Under the pieces are notes generated by a model that was not told where the DNA came from, ran no database searches, and saw only the letters and a program-made list of their open reading frames with translations. DNA of 64,000 nucleotides from Clostridia bacterium (GTDB taxonomy: Bacteria; Bacillota; Clostridia; Oscillospirales; CAG-272). Location: contig JAFQEJ010000033.1 of assembly GCA_017399105.1 (NCBI GenBank), positions 2,770 to 66,769 on the forward strand, read 5' to 3'. A program made the position numbers and the translations under genes. The first letter of the stretch is position 1. Every line of letters begins with the position of its first letter. Positions 17,653 to 27,807 of this stretch are shown here, piece by piece.

Positions 17653-18548
17653 GCAAACACCCCCCTTTCCTTCAGAATATTGATCACACAGAGGGCGGTG
17701 GTTTTTCCTGCCGTCACGGGAGCTACCTTTCCGGGAAGTCCCTGGGCATCGATCACCGGAATGCCCGACACCGCCGCCGCCTCACGGTCGATACCGCCGG
17801 GAAGGGATGCCAGCTCGATATAAAGGGGGCTGCATTTCTCGGCAACAGCGGCGAGGACAGCACGGTCAAAGAGCCTTGCCGGCGCGGTGTTGAAGATGAC
17901 ATCCACCTCAGGCAGTGCGGCAAGCTCTGCTGTATGATGAGGTCTACAGGAAATCGCCTCAATGCGCACCAGATCACCCGGCTTGCGGGCGGCAACGATC
18001 ACATCGGCACCGAGAGCACGCAGCTTTTCAGCCAGCAGAAAGCCGATTCTGCCGCAGCCGATGACAGCGCATCTTGCCCTGTGAAGGGTAATGGGCAGGT
18101 GACGCAGGGCAAGCTCGATGGCACCCTCTGCGGTTGGGGTTGCGCCTGCCATGGCGAACTCCTCCCGATTGCAGTAGTCCACAAAATCAAGCGAGCGCTC
18201 GCCTGCCAGAGCTGCCGCGGCACCGTCGAATCTGCCGCCGAGAAGGAGCGTCCCCCGGGGAATTCCGTCGAAGAGCTCGGCAAGGGTGATTCTGCCGTTG
18301 CTGCAGGGGGTATGAAGATGCTCACTGTCATAGCTGACGGGAAGCGGCAGAATCACCGCATCGGCTCCTGTCAGCGCGGCATCGAGGGTGACAGAGCGGG
18401 TAGCTTCGCCGATGTCAATGCTTTTCTCACAGCACTCCAGTGCAAAGACGGCAGCCTCAGCACCCAGCGAAGCAAGCTCCCTCGCCATGACCAGTTGTCT
18501 TGCATCACCGCCGACAACGGCAAGCTTCAAATCGCAGAACGAATTCAT
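17649..18548 (-). CDS. dpaA: Dipicolinate synthase subunit A
   Basis: VVGGDARQ N-terminus and NAD-binding VIGCGRIG. Start taken at MNSF (AAGGAG 12 nt upstream); alternative starts at 18560 or 18602 are possible. Confidence 0.85.
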   Translation of the reverse strand: MNSFCDLKLAVVGGDARQLVMARELASLGAEAAVFALECCEKSIDIGEATRSVTLDAALTGADAVILPLPVSYDSEHLHTPCSNGRITLAELFDGIPRGTLLLGGRFDGAAAALAGERSLDFVDYCNREEFAMAGATPTAEGAIELALRHLPITLHRARCAVIGCGRIGFLLAEKLRALGADVIVAARKPGDLVRIEAISCRPHHTAELAALPEVDVIFNTAPARLFDRAVLAAVAEKCSPLYIELASLPGGIDREAAAVSGIPVIDAQGLPGKVAPVTAGKTTALCVINILKERGVFA

Positions 18549-18605
18549 ATGTAAATCCATCTCCTTACTTTTCTCGATTGGAGATTTGAATTGATTCTCC
18601 ATCCT

Positions 18606-18633
18606 CATCATATGCGCCCCGCAGTAATTTGGT
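18606..18633 (-). promoter_or_regulatory. Possible sigma-K-type promoter for dpaAB
   Basis: Minus strand reads AC, then 17 nt, then CATATGATG (consensus AC-16/17-CATAnnnTA). B. subtilis spoVF is sigma-K dependent. This is pattern match only. Confidence 0.25.
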
Positions 18634-18736
18634 CAGCAGATGCAGGATTTACAAAAAGTTGATGAATCGGAGGGCACATGGGGATATAATAATAATGAAT
18701 ATCCATATACCAATCAAAACAAAGGAGATTTCCTCC

Positions 18737-20269
18737 ATGAATCTGCGCAAAGTCCTGCTTCCGCTGCTTCTCACACTGTTGCTGCTGCTCTCCTCCTGCG
18801 GCATTGTGATCATCAACGATAAAGATAGCGAAACCACCGTTGCCGAGACGATACCCGATCCGCTCCGGACAGAGGAGACGACAGCCGCGCCCCCCGAAAC
18901 CGAGCCCTCCGATACAACAGCAGATACAACAGGCACAGCCGAGACTCTGCCGGGGGTGGAATATACGCCCATCCCCTCCTACGACTACCGTGCCGATGCC
19001 AGAGTCATGCTCGACGGTCTGCCCGAAAAGGATCTGGAGGGCTTCGCGGTGAATATCTTTGCCACCTCTGCCGACAGCTATATTCCCGGAGATGCCGACA
19101 ACGAGATCAACGATGCACGCCTTGAGCGCAATCTGATGTTCGAGGAGCGCTACAATACCAAGGTCATGTGCACCACATATCCGCTGGAGACACTCATTGA
19201 GCAGACACGCATGGCGATTCTCACCGACACCTATTACTGCGACCTGCTCTCGATCCCCCTCTATTCGCTGGGCAGCTTTGCCGCGAGCGACAGCCTGCTC
19301 AATCTGCGCTCTCTCCCCTATGTGGATTTTGATGCCCCCTACTTCAATCAGGATGCCATCAATGCCGCCACTGCGGGAAATTATATTTACGCCGCCCTGG
19401 GAGACGCCAACCTCAACGAAAACTTTATGTACTGCGTCTACTTCAACCGCGGAAAGGCTGAGCGCCTGGGGATTAAAAATCTTTACAAGCTGGCAGAATC
19501 AGGGGACTGGACATGGGACAAGCTTGCCGAGTATGCGAAGCTCTCCGCTTCGGTCAACGGCTCGCTGGGCTTTGATTCCACGCTGGGAAGAAACGGTATG
19601 ATCGACGCGCTCTTCACCTCTACCGGCACGCAGATGACGGTTACGCAGAAGGATGCCCGCCCTACCCTCAACACCGACACCGCGAAATTCGGCGAAATCA
19701 CACAGAAAATCAAATCCTTCCTTACAGCAGAAAACGGCTATACTGCCGATCCCGGAAATGCTCTTGGCAATTTCTACGGCGGCAAGGCACTCTTTTTCAT
19801 CGAGCGTCTGACGGTTGCCCCCTGGATCAATGACATGCGCGACAACTGGGGCATTCTTCCGCTCCCCAAATATGACAGCGCACAGGCAGAGTACAGCACC
19901 TATATGGATCCCGCACAGCCGGTCTTTGCCGTCCTCGCCAACAATGCCGACATCGCCATGACCGCCCACATTCTTATGGGCTACAATGCGGCATCCTACG
20001 GCTTCATTGCCGACGAATACAGAAACACCCTCATGTACCGCACTCTCCGCGACAACAATTCGGTGAACATGCTCGACTATATCACAGCCAACCCATATTT
20101 TGACTTCGCCAACATGTTCGGCAATATGCATCAGCAGGTTTCCTCGGCAACCGTGCAGGCAATCCGGGACGCGGTGGACGGATACACCTATCAGACCTAC
20201 TACAACGCAAGAAAGCCGTATTTTGATTACAGGATGCAGGTAGTGTTTGAGCTGTACAGTGTAAGCTGA
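18737..20269 (+). CDS. Large extracellular solute-binding-protein-like lipoprotein (orphan)
   Basis: AAGGAG RBS. Lipobox MNLRKVLLPLLLTLLLLLSSC. Thr/Glu/Pro linker. Paralogous to 59007..60470. Confidence 0.7.
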   Translation: MNLRKVLLPLLLTLLLLLSSCGIVIINDKDSETTVAETIPDPLRTEETTAAPPETEPSDTTADTTGTAETLPGVEYTPIPSYDYRADARVMLDGLPEKDLEGFAVNIFATSADSYIPGDADNEINDARLERNLMFEERYNTKVMCTTYPLETLIEQTRMAILTDTYYCDLLSIPLYSLGSFAASDSLLNLRSLPYVDFDAPYFNQDAINAATAGNYIYAALGDANLNENFMYCVYFNRGKAERLGIKNLYKLAESGDWTWDKLAEYAKLSASVNGSLGFDSTLGRNGMIDALFTSTGTQMTVTQKDARPTLNTDTAKFGEITQKIKSFLTAENGYTADPGNALGNFYGGKALFFIERLTVAPWINDMRDNWGILPLPKYDSAQAEYSTYMDPAQPVFAVLANNADIAMTAHILMGYNAASYGFIADEYRNTLMYRTLRDNNSVNMLDYITANPYFDFANMFGNMHQQVSSATVQAIRDAVDGYTYQTYYNARKPYFDYRMQVVFELYSVS

Positions 20270-20338
20270 CACCGTGCATCCCCGGTGCAAATGGTATTTA
20301 AGTTATACAGTGTAAGCTAATACCGTGCATCCCCGGTG
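20255..20338 (+). repeat. Direct duplication (51-bp period) of the last codons, stop and 3' flank of the lipoprotein gene
   Basis: TACAGTGTAAGCTGACACCGTGCATCCCCGGTG at 20255-20287 and TACAGTGTAAGCTAATACCGTGCATCCCCGGTG at 20306-20338. Confidence 0.85.
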
Positions 20339-20423
20339 AAAACAGCAGTACCTCGCAGGGGCGCATCACTATGCGCCCATTTCCATAAAATAATCACCAA
20401 CATCTCCCAAGGAGGATAACGTC

Positions 20424-21461
20424 ATGCGTACATACCTTCTCCCCGAATCGGGCAATTTCTATAAGGCAAATCTTCACTGCCATTCCACCTTCTCGGACGG
20501 TAAACTGACCCCCGAGGAGATCAAGCGTATCTACATGGAGCAGGGCTACTCGATCGTCGCCTACACCGATCACAACATCATGATTCCCCACCAGGAGCTG
20601 CGCGATGAGAACTTCCTGCCGCTCAACGGCTTTGAGGGAGATTTCAACGAGAGTGCGGCTACCATCGATCCCAATCTGGGCACCATCCGCTGCTGCCACA
20701 TCTGCTTCATCTCCCCCGAGGAGCACAATCCCCGTCAGTTATGCTGGCACCGCAGCGAGTACCTCTTCCACGGCAACAACAAGGAAAATTCCAAATACGT
20801 CAACTTCGACGAAAACGAGCCCGACTATGTGCGCTATTATACCCCCGAGAGCATCAACGACTACATCGCGCACTTCAGGGATGCAGGCTTTTTCATCACC
20901 TACAATCACCCCACCTGGTCGCTGGAAAACTACCGCGAGTACAGCCACTATGAGGGCATGGATGCTATGGAAATCTGCAACTATGGCTGCTATGCCGGCG
21001 GCTTTGACGAGGAAAATTCTCACTGTTATGACGATCTGCTCCGTCAGGGCAAGCGCATCGGGTGCATCGGTGCCGACGACAACCACAACCACTCCCCCCG
21101 CGATTCTGCGAGATGGGATTCCTGCGGCGCGTGGACCTGTATAAAGGCTCCCGAGCTGACCTATGACGCTGTCTTCGCGGCACTCAAGCGCGGCGATTAC
21201 TATGCCTCACGCGGTCCGGTCATCGATGAGCTGTATTTTGAGGAGGGCAAGGTCATAATCAAGTGCTCCCCCGCCAAGCGCATCGCCCTTCACACCGGAT
21301 GGCGCCGCGCCGATATCCGCATGAACCGGGACGGCAGGCTCCTGACAGAAGCCATCTTCGATGTTCAGCCCCGAGACAAATACATCCGCATTTCTGTCAC
21401 CGACGGGGAGGGCAATCCCGCTCATACCAAGGCATATTTCCTCGATCAGCTCGGTTATTGA
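20424..21461 (+). CDS. PHP-domain metal-dependent phosphoesterase
   Basis: NLHCHSTFSDG...AYTDHN motifs. AGGAGG RBS. Confidence 0.8.
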   Translation: MRTYLLPESGNFYKANLHCHSTFSDGKLTPEEIKRIYMEQGYSIVAYTDHNIMIPHQELRDENFLPLNGFEGDFNESAATIDPNLGTIRCCHICFISPEEHNPRQLCWHRSEYLFHGNNKENSKYVNFDENEPDYVRYYTPESINDYIAHFRDAGFFITYNHPTWSLENYREYSHYEGMDAMEICNYGCYAGGFDEENSHCYDDLLRQGKRIGCIGADDNHNHSPRDSARWDSCGAWTCIKAPELTYDAVFAALKRGDYYASRGPVIDELYFEEGKVIIKCSPAKRIALHTGWRRADIRMNRDGRLLTEAIFDVQPRDKYIRISVTDGEGNPAHTKAYFLDQLGY

Positions 21462-21558
21462 GACGAACTGTCACCGAAATCAGAATATCATTGCCGGGCG
21501 GTATGGGAACATGCCGCCTGTCATTTATCCGACACTTGAAAGGCCATCTCAGATTACC

Positions 21559-22890
21559 ATGCAAATCTCTCTTTCAGATCATTTTACCTATCCAAAGCTG
21601 ATCCGCTTTGTCATGCCCTCCATTTTAATGATGATTTTCACCTCGATCTATGGCGTTGTGGATGGCCTCTTCGTCTCCAATTTTGTGGGAAAAACGCCCT
21701 TCGCAGCGGTGAATCTCATCTTCCCCCTCTTCATCGTACTGGGGGCGCTGGGTTTTATGATGGGCACCGGCGGCACCGCCATTGTTGCAAAGACCCTGGG
21801 CGAGGGGAAGCGTGAGCTTGCCAACCGCTATTTTTCACTGCTCGTTTATGCAACCTTCATTGGAGGCGTCGCAATCACCATCCTCGGCTTTGTCTTTCTC
21901 CGGCCGGTTGCTGTTCTGCTGGGCGCTGAGGGCGAAATGCTCGATAACTGCGTGACCTACGGTAGCTTTCTTCTCCCGGGCATGCCCTTTTTCATGCTGC
22001 AGAATCTGTTCCAGAGCTTTTTCATCACCGCCGAAAAGCCAAAGCTGGGGCTTTTTGTAACGGTAGCTGCGGGCTGTACCAACATGGTGCTCGATGCCCT
22101 TCTTGTCGGTGTAATTTCGCTGGGACTGCCAGGCGCGGCACTGGCAACCTCAATCAGCCAGATGGTAGGCGGCGTTCTCCCGCTCTTCTACTTCGCCGCC
22201 AAAAATACAAGCCTGCTGAGGCTGGGCAGAACTTCTTTCTACGGCAGGATGCTCGCCTTCACCTGCGTCAACGGCTCTTCCGAGCTGATGAGCAACATCG
22301 CGGCTTCGGTGATCACCATGCTCTATAATTTCAAGCTGCTCGAAATCGCCGGTGAGGACGGCGTGGCAGCCTATGGCGTGGTGATGTATGTCTCCTTCTT
22401 CTTTGCCGCCATCTTCATCGGTTATGCCATCGGATCAGCTCCCCTTATCAGCTACAACTACGGCGCACAGAATCAGGCTGAAATGAAAAATCTCTTCCGC
22501 AAGAGCGGCATCCTCATGGCAAGCCTCGGCATTGTCATGACCGCATTGGCAATTCTGCTGGCAGGACCGCTCTCGGCGATTTTCGTAGGCTATAACGACA
22601 GCCTGCTTGCACTCACTGCAAACGGTATGACCATCTATGCCGTCAGCTTCCTCTTTTCCGGCTTCAACATTTTCGGCTCGTCGCTTTTCACCGCCCTCAA
22701 CAACGGACAGATCTCGGCGGCAATATCCTTCCTGCGCTCGCTCATCTTCCCGGGTGTGCTGATCATGATTTTTCCCGCACTGCTGGGCATGAACGGCATC
22801 TGGCTCACAGCAGTGACTACAGATGCACTGGCATTTGCTGTAACAGCGGCGTTTGTCATTTTCAATCGGAAGCGCTATCGGTATATGTGA
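21559..22890 (+). CDS. MATE family efflux transporter
   Basis: 12-TM profile. N-terminal LIRFVMPSILMMIFTSIYGVVDGLFVSNFVG is typical of MATE. The start is uncertain (21511 or 21559). Confidence 0.85.
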   Translation: MQISLSDHFTYPKLIRFVMPSILMMIFTSIYGVVDGLFVSNFVGKTPFAAVNLIFPLFIVLGALGFMMGTGGTAIVAKTLGEGKRELANRYFSLLVYATFIGGVAITILGFVFLRPVAVLLGAEGEMLDNCVTYGSFLLPGMPFFMLQNLFQSFFITAEKPKLGLFVTVAAGCTNMVLDALLVGVISLGLPGAALATSISQMVGGVLPLFYFAAKNTSLLRLGRTSFYGRMLAFTCVNGSSELMSNIAASVITMLYNFKLLEIAGEDGVAAYGVVMYVSFFFAAIFIGYAIGSAPLISYNYGAQNQAEMKNLFRKSGILMASLGIVMTALAILLAGPLSAIFVGYNDSLLALTANGMTIYAVSFLFSGFNIFGSSLFTALNNGQISAAISFLRSLIFPGVLIMIFPALLGMNGIWLTAVTTDALAFAVTAAFVIFNRKRYRYM

Positions 22891-22996
22891 GTGTACCCCA
22901 TCCGCCATCTTCCGATCCGACCGATATTTGTCATTTTCACATCACAGGCAGTTCACAAACATATGTTAAACTGAATGCATCAAGGAGGTGATCCCC

Positions 22997-25030
22997 ATGA
23001 AGCAGTCTCCGCTTGCCAAAATCGCGGCAAAGCCAATTTATCTGCCCCCGGCAGCGGCACTTTTTATGTGCCTTCTCATTGAGATTCTGGCGCGTCATTC
23101 GCTTGTCGATGCGCTCCGCTTCGTGGCAGAGGAGCCTCTTCGCTTCTTCGTGAATTTTGCTATCATTGCGCTGACCTACAGCACCGTTCTGCTGACAAAG
23201 CGCTTCCTTTTCACCTCGGTGATTGTCACTGCCCTCTGGCTCACACTGGGCATCACCAACTGCGTGCTGATGCGCTATCGGGGCATGCCGCTGACCGCGG
23301 AGGATTTCACCATCCTCGGCGATGCCCTCTCGATCATGCATGTTTATGTGACCCCCGTCATGGCAGTCCTCATTCTCATCTCCTTTGCTGCCGCCGCGCT
23401 GCTTGCCGTCATGGTCTGGAGAAGAGCGCCTCACTCTGCCATGCCCCGTGTCCGCGGTCTGCTCTGTATGCTGATGGCAGTCTCGATTATGGCGCTGTCG
23501 GTTACCGCCGCCTTTTCGGAGGAGAATTTTGAGGAGATTCCCGTTCTCGATACCACCGCGCAGAGTGAATCGCTGGGCTTTCCCCTCAGCTTCGCCCGCA
23601 CCATCTTTGAGCGTGGCATGGATGAGCCGGAGGACTACAGCCGCGAGAATGCAGAAGCGGCACTGTCGCTCATCCCCGAGAAAAAGAGCTCGGCGGAGGG
23701 CCCAAATCTCATCTTTGTACAGCTCGAGAGCTTCTTCGATATCACCCGTATTGAGGGACTTGACTTTGCAGAGGATCCTATCCCAAATTTCCGCGCGCTT
23801 GCCAATGAAAATCCCGGCGGTGCCCTTACCGTTCCCACAGTCGGCGGCGGTACTGCCAATACGGAATTCGAGCTGCTCACCGGTATCTCCTGTACCCTCT
23901 TCGGCCCGGGCGAGTACCCCTATTCCTCCATTCTCACCGAAAAAAGTGCGCCCTCGCTGGCAAGCGGACTTGCCGCCGCCGGCTGCAGCACCCACGCCAT
24001 TCACAATCATACCGCCACTTTTTATGACAGAAGCACCGTTTATGCCAATCTGGGCTTCGATGACTTTACCTCGGTGGAGTATATGCAGGAGGTGGAGCGC
24101 AATCCCCTCGGCTGGGCTAAGGATTCAATTCTCACAGGCGAAATTCTCCATGCCCTTGCCGCCACTGAGGAGCGCGATTTTATCTTTGCGGTATCGGTGC
24201 AGGGACACGGCAAATATCCCGATGAATTCATCGATGAGGCCGAGTCTGAGATCGTCGGGCTGACCGATGAGGAAAGTGAGGCGCAGTATGCCTATTACAC
24301 CTCGCAGCTCCGCGAAATGGATGCATTTGTCGGCGAGCTTTACAGCGCACTGCAAAACTTAGACGAGCCTGCCATTGCGGTATTCTACGGCGATCATCTT
24401 CCCGCGCTGGGCATCGATGAAGCTTCGCTGTCGGGAGACCGTTTTGAAACAGAATATGTCATCGCCTCCAATTTCGACCTGGGCATTCCCGCTGAAAGTA
24501 CGAATCTGCCGCTCTGTACCTATGAGCTTGCCGCTTATGTGCTCTCACTCTGCGATATGGATGCCGGCCCCCTTTTCCGCCTGCGGGAAGCCTCGCTTTG
24601 CGGTGAAGTGAGCAGTGATGCCTGCGAGGAAGCCATGACCACGCTGGCATATGATCTTCTCTACGGCAGCCGTTATGCCGGCTATCGCTTTGAGAATGAG
24701 GGCATCAGCCTTACAAAATCGCCGCTGCAGCTGGGACTTCGCCCAATCGGAATCACCCGCGTCAAAGGTGAGCAGAATCGGTTGATTGTGGAAGGCGAAA
24801 ACTTCACTGAAGCCAGCCGCATTGTCATCGACGGCAGCATCCGTGACGACACCCGCTATGAAGAGGGCAGGCTCATCCTCGATGGGCATCCTGTAACCGG
24901 TCGGAGCCGCATCTCGGTTGCACAGGTCGCCGAGGACGGAAGCGTGCTCAGCACAACTCCATCGGTGGAGATTCAAGTTCCCGCATCTCTTCCCCTGCGG
25001 CTCTTTGCAGATCAGCAGGCGGATAAATAA
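22997..25030 (+). CDS. LTA-synthase-family (sulfatase-domain) membrane protein
   Basis: Five N-terminal TM helices, then NLIFVQLESFFD and a GGGTANTEFE sulfatase core. AGGAGG lies 8 nt upstream of the ATG. Confidence 0.8.
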   Translation: MKQSPLAKIAAKPIYLPPAAALFMCLLIEILARHSLVDALRFVAEEPLRFFVNFAIIALTYSTVLLTKRFLFTSVIVTALWLTLGITNCVLMRYRGMPLTAEDFTILGDALSIMHVYVTPVMAVLILISFAAAALLAVMVWRRAPHSAMPRVRGLLCMLMAVSIMALSVTAAFSEENFEEIPVLDTTAQSESLGFPLSFARTIFERGMDEPEDYSRENAEAALSLIPEKKSSAEGPNLIFVQLESFFDITRIEGLDFAEDPIPNFRALANENPGGALTVPTVGGGTANTEFELLTGISCTLFGPGEYPYSSILTEKSAPSLASGLAAAGCSTHAIHNHTATFYDRSTVYANLGFDDFTSVEYMQEVERNPLGWAKDSILTGEILHALAATEERDFIFAVSVQGHGKYPDEFIDEAESEIVGLTDEESEAQYAYYTSQLREMDAFVGELYSALQNLDEPAIAVFYGDHLPALGIDEASLSGDRFETEYVIASNFDLGIPAESTNLPLCTYELAAYVLSLCDMDAGPLFRLREASLCGEVSSDACEEAMTTLAYDLLYGSRYAGYRFENEGISLTKSPLQLGLRPIGITRVKGEQNRLIVEGENFTEASRIVIDGSIRDDTRYEEGRLILDGHPVTGRSRISVAQVAEDGSVLSTTPSVEIQVPASLPLRLFADQQADK

Positions 25031-25035
25031 AAAAT

Positions 25036-25077
25036 CAGCAGACCAAATTCCGATCAGCGTCGGTTTCGGTCTGCTGT
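25036..25077. terminator. Bidirectional terminator between convergent genes
   Basis: AAAAAAT-CAGCAGACC...GGTCTGCTG-TTATTTTTT. Confidence 0.6.
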
Positions 25078-25137
25078 TATTTTTTAGATTTAATCGATCG
25101 CTGCAGAGCGGGTTATCACGCCCTGTGACAGGTGCGA

Positions 25138-26769
25138 TCAAAACAGAAGCTCAAAGCTCACGGTTCGGTCGGCAGCCGTATCCGCATTCACATACAGGGA
25201 GCTTCCAATCTGCTCGGTGACAAAGTCAGCATCACTGCCGTTGATCAGCAGTCTGCGGCAGGTCTTTCCCCCGGGAAGCAGAATGTGCGCTTTGACCTGT
25301 CCGGCAGGAGAATGAAGGTCATAGCGCATTCCCCGATCGGTGCAGATATAGCGCAGATCGACAAGCGTTCCCGACACCTCGTAGCCGGTGAGATAGCGCA
25401 GCTCGGTGTAATGCGTGACGGGGAAACGCGGAGAGAATGCAATCACATCATAATTGACTCCCATATCCACAATACCGGCAAGCCCCTCGTCCACCGCACT
25501 GATCAAAGCCGCGGCTCCCCATGAGCTGGGACCTCCTTCGGGCTGAGGTGCCGAGTTGGTGTCATAGAGGAAATAGGGACAGCCGTCCCGCTCAACCAGC
25601 TTCATCATACGGCAGATGATATCCCAGCCGTATTCCTCATAGCCGCATCCGAAGGCAGCCTTTGCAAGCTCTCCCGCTGTAAAGGGGGACAGTGCACCGT
25701 TCACATAACGTCCGGGCTCAAAGCCGATAAAGCTTTCATAGGGGGGATCGACGGTGAACCATTCGGCAAAATGAGGCGTGCGCTCCCGTCTTGCCATGTA
25801 TTCTTCCACAATCGCTCTCGATTGTGCCATGGTCGTCACACCGCGGTTAATATCATAGCTGTTTGAGAGCGACAGACGCTCGTTTTCCAGACTGTCGGCT
25901 CCCTCATGCCCGAGATGAAGCTGATGAATGAAAAAGCGGCCGTTCCAGAGATGCTCAATTATATGTGTGCGCAGCTCCTCGGCGCGATGCTCCCATTTCA
26001 ATGCCCGCTCTTCTCTGCCAAGGCGGCGGTTGAAAAAGGCAAGCTGATGCATTGCCTGATAGACACCCGAATTATCTCCATGCATGATCGACATGGGTGT
26101 TCCCGACTCAATGCGGCGATTCAGTGCCCTTCTGTCGGTGATGGTGGGATCGTAAACAAAATCCCAGGTGTCGATGGTAAAGGGACGCTTGACAAGCTGA
26201 TGCTCCGCATCCCAGCGTTTTTCATCCGAGGTGATATAGTCAATGCCGCGCTCAAGCCTCGGGAGCACCCTTGCCAGCCACTCGTCATCTCCCGTTGTGC
26301 GATACAGATAGAGCGCACCCTCCACCACTAAATATTCGATGTCAGCCTCCACCTCGAGACGTACCAGAGACAGGTTGTCCTCGGGGTACATGATATAGCA
26401 ATTGGGGTTGACCATCGCCCAGTGGCGGTCGTCTTCCTGCTTGATCAGCTCATAGAACTGTCCGTCCTCCCGCTGGGTTTCGATGATGAAGTTGAGAAAG
26501 GAGGCAAGATCGTACTCCCAGTGACGCATCGCCTTCATGATGTGCACATGATCGCGGATCCAGTTCTTGTCGGTCATCAGAATTTTGCCGTCGATAAAAA
26601 CCAGATTGCGGTCGGCATAGATGTTGCTTCTGAGCTGATGGAGAAAGAGTCCCAGCCTGGGATCGGTTGTCGTGAGAATCGAGGGAAATCCCAGCTCCTT
26701 ATTGTTGTAGGTGCCGTTCATTCTGCCGTCGATATTCATGGCGGGGAGCTTATGCTCAAAGTCAATCAC
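25138..26769 (-). CDS. (alpha/alpha)6-barrel glycoside-hydrolase-like protein, specificity unknown
   Basis: GTG start 6 nt after AAAGGAG. Cytoplasmic (no signal peptide). Helical-repeat pattern with acidic motifs (EVEADIEY, TIDTWDF, SSWGAAALI) reminiscent of rhamnosidase/GDE-type six-hairpin enzymes. The family is not pinned down. Confidence 0.55.
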   Translation of the reverse strand: MIDFEHKLPAMNIDGRMNGTYNNKELGFPSILTTTDPRLGLFLHQLRSNIYADRNLVFIDGKILMTDKNWIRDHVHIMKAMRHWEYDLASFLNFIIETQREDGQFYELIKQEDDRHWAMVNPNCYIMYPEDNLSLVRLEVEADIEYLVVEGALYLYRTTGDDEWLARVLPRLERGIDYITSDEKRWDAEHQLVKRPFTIDTWDFVYDPTITDRRALNRRIESGTPMSIMHGDNSGVYQAMHQLAFFNRRLGREERALKWEHRAEELRTHIIEHLWNGRFFIHQLHLGHEGADSLENERLSLSNSYDINRGVTTMAQSRAIVEEYMARRERTPHFAEWFTVDPPYESFIGFEPGRYVNGALSPFTAGELAKAAFGCGYEEYGWDIICRMMKLVERDGCPYFLYDTNSAPQPEGGPSSWGAAALISAVDEGLAGIVDMGVNYDVIAFSPRFPVTHYTELRYLTGYEVSGTLVDLRYICTDRGMRYDLHSPAGQVKAHILLPGGKTCRRLLINGSDADFVTEQIGSSLYVNADTAADRTVSFELLF

Positions 26770-26787
26770 GGATGACTCCTTTCGGGA

Positions 26788-27633
26788 TTATCCCTTGTAC
26801 TGTACCGTGGTGTTATAGGAAAGCGCGGCGCCGATGACGGTGGAGAACTGTGAGCGCTCGGGAATGATGAAATTCATATCAAACATGCTGTTGAGCGTCT
26901 TGAAAATCTCCTTTGCCTGGGGCACCGAGGTGAGGTTGCCGGTGAGGACAATATCGCGGAGCTTGTAGGTGCGCGCGGCAAAGATCGCCATCATGCCCAC
27001 CGTCTCAAAGATCATGTTGATTACACCCAGCGCCAGATCTGCCTTGGTGGCGATGTCGCTGAGCTTGCCGAAGTTGGCGGCAGTCATGTTCTCGGGCATG
27101 CCGGGCAGGATGTCCTTGCGGGTGATGTCCTTGATGCGCAGGTCAATCTTGTCAAGATCGCCCTCGGCAGCCAGCTCGACGATGTGTGAGATGTTGTCCA
27201 TGCCGAGCAGCTTCTTGGAGAGTCCCATCAGCGTACCGCCGCCCACACCCGTACCGCCGAGATAGGTGATTTTTTCGCCCTTTTCAGCGTGGATAAGCGC
27301 GGTACCGGTGCCCATGCTCACCACAATGGCGTCATCCAGACCGGACAGATACATGCCGCCAAGTCCCACCGAGAGAAATTCGGGGGTGTTGTGGCACTCC
27401 AGTCCGTAGATCGGCTTGGTGAGGAAGGATGAGCCGACGCCGGTGACCATCACTCTGCCGATGTCGCCAAGCTCAATGCCGCCTTCAGCGGTAAACTTGC
27501 CGAACGCACCGTAGACCGAGGTCATGGGATCTGCAGCGCGGACATACATGGGTTCTATAAGTTTTCCGTCGGAGGTAAAGCCTACAATCTTCGTAGTGCT
27601 TCCGCCAACGTCGATTCCGATTGTTGTTTTCAT
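26788..27633 (-). CDS. coaW: Type II pantothenate kinase
   Basis: ASKHA-fold motifs IGIDVGGSTTKIV, SMGTGTA and GGTGVGGGT, about 280 aa, as in Staphylococcus-type PanK. Confidence 0.75.
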   Translation of the reverse strand: MKTTIGIDVGGSTTKIVGFTSDGKLIEPMYVRAADPMTSVYGAFGKFTAEGGIELGDIGRVMVTGVGSSFLTKPIYGLECHNTPEFLSVGLGGMYLSGLDDAIVVSMGTGTALIHAEKGEKITYLGGTGVGGGTLMGLSKKLLGMDNISHIVELAAEGDLDKIDLRIKDITRKDILPGMPENMTAANFGKLSDIATKADLALGVINMIFETVGMMAIFAARTYKLRDIVLTGNLTSVPQAKEIFKTLNSMFDMNFIIPERSQFSTVIGAALSYNTTVQYKG

Positions 27634-27704
27634 TATGTGGGGATATTCCTTTGTTATTTATTCATGTTTCATGCTGCGGCAGGAGTAAGTCCCTGCCCTG
27701 CGAA

Positions 27705-27807
27705 TATACTGTCACCCTCGGGGTAAACGTGTACGGTTTTGTATACCGGACGCCGAAATTGCCTGTCGGTGCAACCGACCGCCGAAATTGCCCGTCGACG
27801 CCGTCGA
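27705..27807 (-). repeat. Stop-codon/terminator-associated module (family T) downstream of cysS, with internal partial duplication
   Basis: On the minus strand: TAG-TCGACGGCGTCGAC-GGGCAATTTCGGCGG..GGCAATTTCGGCGTCCGGTATACAAAACCGTACACGTTTACCCCGAGGGTGAC. Confidence 0.75.
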
